From the NCBI GenBank assembly GCA_964016885.1, contig OZ024755.1, positions 14,570,001 through 14,634,000 on the forward strand: 64,000 bases of DNA, in the 5' to 3' direction. Shown piece by piece: positions 59,277 through 64,000 of the stretch. Source of the DNA: Eledone cirrhosa. Lineage: Eukaryota. The notes below the pieces were generated by a model that made no database searches, had not been told where the DNA came from, and worked only from the letters and a program-made list of their open reading frames with translations. Position 1 is the stretch's first letter. Each line of letters starts with the position of its first letter. A program made the position numbers and the translations under genes.

Positions 59277-60399
59277 ATACACGGTATATACATACATATA
59301 CATGGTATATATATATATATATATATATATGTATGCCACAGCAAGGATGTGTTCATAAGATATTGATTAGTTTATCGATGACTTTTCTCGACCTCATAGC
59401 TTTTCATTGTATCTCTGAACAAAATAGAGAGAATTTCACAAAACGTTTCACCTTAGTACAACAAGTAGTGGGAGATGTGTAATATTACCGAGTGTTATGT
59501 GGTTCGACACGAACCAGTTTAAACTCTCTCATTGGTGCTAATGTTTGGCATGATTTGGCCAATATATACATACCCAGGCGCATAAATATATTTATCCAAG
59601 TTTACTTAACCCAAATAATCTTCTCTCATCGTTACTCTAAACTCCAATATATCGGATTTCATTTCAATACTGGCATTACAACAACTACTACAATAATAAC
59701 AGCAACAACAACAATAATGATAATAAATATCTACAATCACATTCATGTATGCATAGAGAAGGAAGTTTAACAATGGAGCCCTGTTATATGTATACTGTTT
59801 TGAAATAATGGTCTTGATTCTTCACTTGCTACTGATGCTGCTGAAGGTGATGGTGAAGATGGCTCTAACAAAATAATAAGAAAGCAACAGTAACATTTTA
59901 CTGCAAGGATATATACGTAAAGCCAAACACAATATTGTGAGTATCTTCCACAATATATCGATTTACAGGCAAATATCCCAAACAAGAGACGCCGATAAAT
60001 AGGTTAAAAACGTTTCAAGATGGTATCTTGCTAAATGACATTTGTCTTATATTTCATGTAAAGTCTGGTTATCCATTGTACTTGGTAAATCAATGTACTA
60101 GAGTTGAAAGCGAATATAACTCTCATTGTGTATCGCTCTGTTTTATAGCTGACGCATCTAAAAAGACACTTAAGATGCAATCGTGAAAGCAAAGTTTCGC
60201 ATAAAGCATTCATATTTTAAATCTATGCACAAATTTTACTGGAGATTTGGATTAATCAATTAAACCACCAATTCGGTTATATGACTAGGTTTATTTTCTC
60301 GAAGATATATGAGTGGTCAACTTAATTCACCATCCAGTTGTCTACGAATAAAGCGGCCCTTGGTGTCTTTAGCGAGATGTACTATATTGATGTCAAATT

Positions 60400-60590
60400 T
60401 AAACACAAGGCTCTCAATTTGAAGAAAGAGGATTAAATCGAGGATTAAATCGACTTCAATACAATATTGTTAATTTATTTTACAGATCCCAGATGGAGGA
60501 GATGCAAAGGTAACCTCTGCTAGATTTGAACTCAAAACGTAGAAGGTTGTAGCTAAATCCTGCAAAGCATTTGTCCGACAGCCTGACAAT
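60400..60590 (-). mobile_element. Degenerate SINE
   Basis: CACAAGGC...GATTAAATCGAC...AACCTC..GATTTGAACTCA.AACGT...AAGCAT..TCCGAC. Confidence 0.6.
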
Positions 60591-60884
60591 TTTGTGTACT
60601 ACTTATAGTTGTATTTGTATTAAAGAATGCTATAGAGCAGTGAATATATATATATGAGATCACCCTTTAAATGTTCGAATTATAAATAGATGTTGACCTC
60701 TCTTCAGGTTTGGTTAGGTCAGTAAGGTAAACATAGTCTCTCTTGAGATCTAATCACATATCTGGGTCCCTTGCAAAATTTATATCATTGGTAAAATATC
60801 TGAGTAATTTTCACTTTAAATTTGATTATTTAGCAGATAGTAAAATACGGATTAACTCTACACATAACATTCAGCATTCCGCGT

Positions 60885-61135
60885 TTAGTCGTTTTAAAAT
60901 ATCAACCAAGAAATTATAGAATATTTATACTACCATGCAAGAAGACTAAATTAGCCTGAGTTCTGACGCTGGAAGAGCACTCACTGAACATAGACACGTT
61001 GACACACTCACTCATCAACAAACACAGTGTTCACTCGTCTTAAAATATTAATTTAGAAAATATCGAATATTTATACTACCAAGCAAGAAGACTTACTTAA
61101 GTCGAGTTCTGATGCTGGAAGACTAATCACTGAGC
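60885..61135 (+). repeat. ~150-bp tandem duplication
   Basis: Two copies of GAATATTTATACTACCA.GCAAGAAGACT...GAGTTCTGA.GCTGGAAGA. Confidence 0.8.
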
Positions 61136-61406
61136 GCACGCACACACACACACACTCCTGTTCACACACTCATACACACACAGACACACCTACATACACA
61201 CACAGATAAATACACATACGCTCACACACATGCGCACACACACTCGCACACACATACATATTCATGTATGAGATATTACAGAATAGTGTTCAGCATATGA
61301 AATTTCCTCCAACTTAAGTATATTTTTGTAACTGTAGTAGTTGGAAAGAGGGGTCCTCATACATTTATTCATAAACACACATAGACAGTGGATTTGTTTA
61401 TATGCT

Positions 61407-61450
<44 letters not shown>

Positions 61451-62246
61451 ACACACCACACATATATATATCCACGTACATATCCATACACATCAAATAT
61501 ATATAAATATATACACACACACACACATATATATATATACATGTACATATCCATACACATAAAATATATATAAATATATATATATATATAATATATATAC
61601 ACATGTATCTATCTATCTATATGTATATACATATATATATATACACAAACACAGAGATGTATCTATAGCTCTCTTTCTCTCTCTCTCTCTCCCCCTCACT
61701 CTCTCCCTCTCTATATATATTAAAACAGTCAACATTTTGAAGGAAGCTATCGTCGTAAAGAAAACAAAAACAATGTTAAAGCACTTTGTAGAGTTATTAA
61801 ATACGAACCATTTTTGGAGAGGGGAATCTGCAGAGGAATTAATATACTGTCAAATTCTTTTTATTCTCATGTATAAAATCAATTGGCCTGCGGCTCTCTT
61901 TTATTTCTTTTAGTTTTGGTAATATCAATCACTATACAATTTATTTTACGATTTGATTAATTATTCCTCAAAATGAAAGTTCAGCATTACATTTTTACAC
62001 TAATTTTCTTGTAAAGAAATTGGATACCGCAAATAGTAAAAGAAAAATGTATTAATTTATGAAATGTATTATTAATTAAATAATTTACCATTAATTTACT
62101 GCAGAATATTTCGGCCAATTGATTTATAATTGATTTTGTAAGGCTATTCTATTTACATTGGAGTGAATAAATATACACTAATATATTTTTGTTTGAATCG
62201 TAAATAAATTTGTTATAACATATATATATCTATATATATATGTATG

Positions 62247-62289
<43 letters not shown>

Positions 62290-62361
62290 TATATATGTGT
62301 GTGTGTGTGTGTATATATATATATGTATGCATGTAGGTATATATATATATATGTATGCATG

Positions 62362-62446
<85 letters not shown>

Positions 62447-62587
62447 GCAGGTGTTATATGAGAAAATTGAGAGTGTGTAACACTCAACTTATCAGATAGG
62501 CAGTATATAGTTAGCTCAATGTCTGAAGACAGAGCCGTAATACAATTAACAACAAAGAGCGCTTAGAACATAGGTATATCTTTAATT

Positions 62588-62631
62588 GCTGACAATGTTT
62601 CGTCCACACTAAAAGTGGGACTCTTCAGAGC
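62588..62631 (-). ncRNA. Minimal type-I hammerhead ribozyme
   Basis: Minus strand: GCT-CTGAAGA-GTCC-CACT-TTT-AGTG-T-GGAC-GAAA-CATT-GTC/AGC. Intact core and GUC site. Confidence 0.8.
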
Positions 62632-63094
62632 TTAAAGAGTAGATACAAAGTATAGAAGCATTAACAAATCCAAAACAGAAGAATATAATGTGGGGATATC
62701 ATAAGGTGGGAGGAATTTAAAGTATTGTTCATGTACAAGATAAGAATTAACGAATAAAAAATAAAAAGTAAAAAATAAAAAATAAAATCAAGCAAAAGAT
62801 AGTGAATATGAGGAATATACTAATACTAATAAGGATACGGATCTAAAATGTTATCACTCACAGTTGGGTAGGGTTATATTATGACCGGCAATCATGGAAG
62901 CAATGATGTGATTGGTTAACACACAGCTACGTATGCATACACTCACATAAAAGTATACGTATAAGCATGAGCACCCGCATGCACCTACACGCAAGCACCC
63001 ATATGCAATACAGAAAGTATACACTAATACAAATAACATATCAAAAACGGATGGGCACATACTCCATACTGTGACAAAATATAGCAGTTATATC

Positions 63095-63200
63095 AGTGCA
63101 TTACTAGTGCTTTATTTTATCGACCCCGAAAGGCAAATTTAACCTCGGCGGGATTTGAACTGAGATCATAAAGGGCCGTAACTCTATGTGCCAATCCACC
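63095..63200 (-). mobile_element. SINE fragment
   Basis: TTTATTTTATCGACCCCGAAAGGCAAA..AACCTCGGCGGGATTTGAACT...GCCAATCCACC. Confidence 0.75.
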
Positions 63201-63636
63201 ACAACAAGTACAACATCGACCACAACCACCACCACCACCACCACAACAATAACAATAACATGGACAATAAAGAGACAAATGACATAATCCCCAGCAATGT
63301 CGAGGCCATTGAGAGTTCAGTATCTTTCTATTGATGATATACGAACAGTTGATGGGAATTTGCCAGTAGGTGGTCTAACTTCCACTACATTAGCCAGGTG
63401 CGGTTTTATTTTGTGTACGAATTAAAGAACAATGAGTTTGTTACGTTTATTAGAATTGTGTGTAGAAACACTTCCACATTATGAGTGACTAAACATTAAT
63501 GGTTGTCCAGGGCGATCAGTTATTAAGTTTTCCTCTTTTTCAGAAGTTTATTTTAAGTATCAACATTATACTATTTTAAATATCAATGGAGTTCTTTCTC
63601 TTTCTCCCTGACTTTCTGCATATGTATGTATGTATG

Positions 63637-63667
<31 letters not shown>

Positions 63668-64000
63668 TAGTTTATTCAGTAATTTTGTAGATTGCTGGAG
63701 ATGGTAATATATATATACAATTTCCCGGTTGTTGCTATTGTTTTTGTCGTGTCTTGTGCAGTTTATTGCTACACGTTGCTGTCCTAGATACTTGTTGCTG
63801 TTTATTGCTAGTCATTTTCGCCCCAGTACTTCATGCTGTTTATTGCATTGGTATATTGTTAGTGCATATGATGTTATTGTTGTGGTTGTTGTTTCATGCA
63901 GTTGTTTACGTTATTTTCCTTTAGCTTTCTTTCTTTGCTATATACTGTATTTTATCTTTTTATTGCAGTTGTGTTATTGTTCCTGCTCTAAGTATATTTG

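Overview
This is AT-rich eukaryotic DNA, intronic or intergenic. The MetaSINE copies, the RTE LINE with a (GAT)n tail and the very large (TA)n arrays suggest an octopus or other cephalopod genome (inference, not a database result). I can support no host protein-coding gene: almost all listed ORFs are translations of (TA)n, (CA)n, (GAT)n or (GTT)n microsatellites. Real coding remnants all come from transposons: a 5'-truncated RTE LINE (partial APE endonuclease, RT with an embedded PHD finger, one in-frame stop), a CR1-group LINE 3' fragment, and decayed hAT, hATm, mariner and BovB-type RTE pieces. The main signal outside the ORF track is about nine recognisable minimal type-I hammerhead ribozyme (HHR) motifs, plus several degenerate ones. 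They sit in short islands beside TA microsatellites and in fold-back hairpins, a pattern typical of Penelope-like element (PLE) terminal repeats or retrozyme-like elements. One three-copy family of ~450 bp carries an HHR whose stem II opens into a conserved two-hairpin branched domain with covarying base pairs. All structures were folded by eye and need computational and biochemical confirmation.
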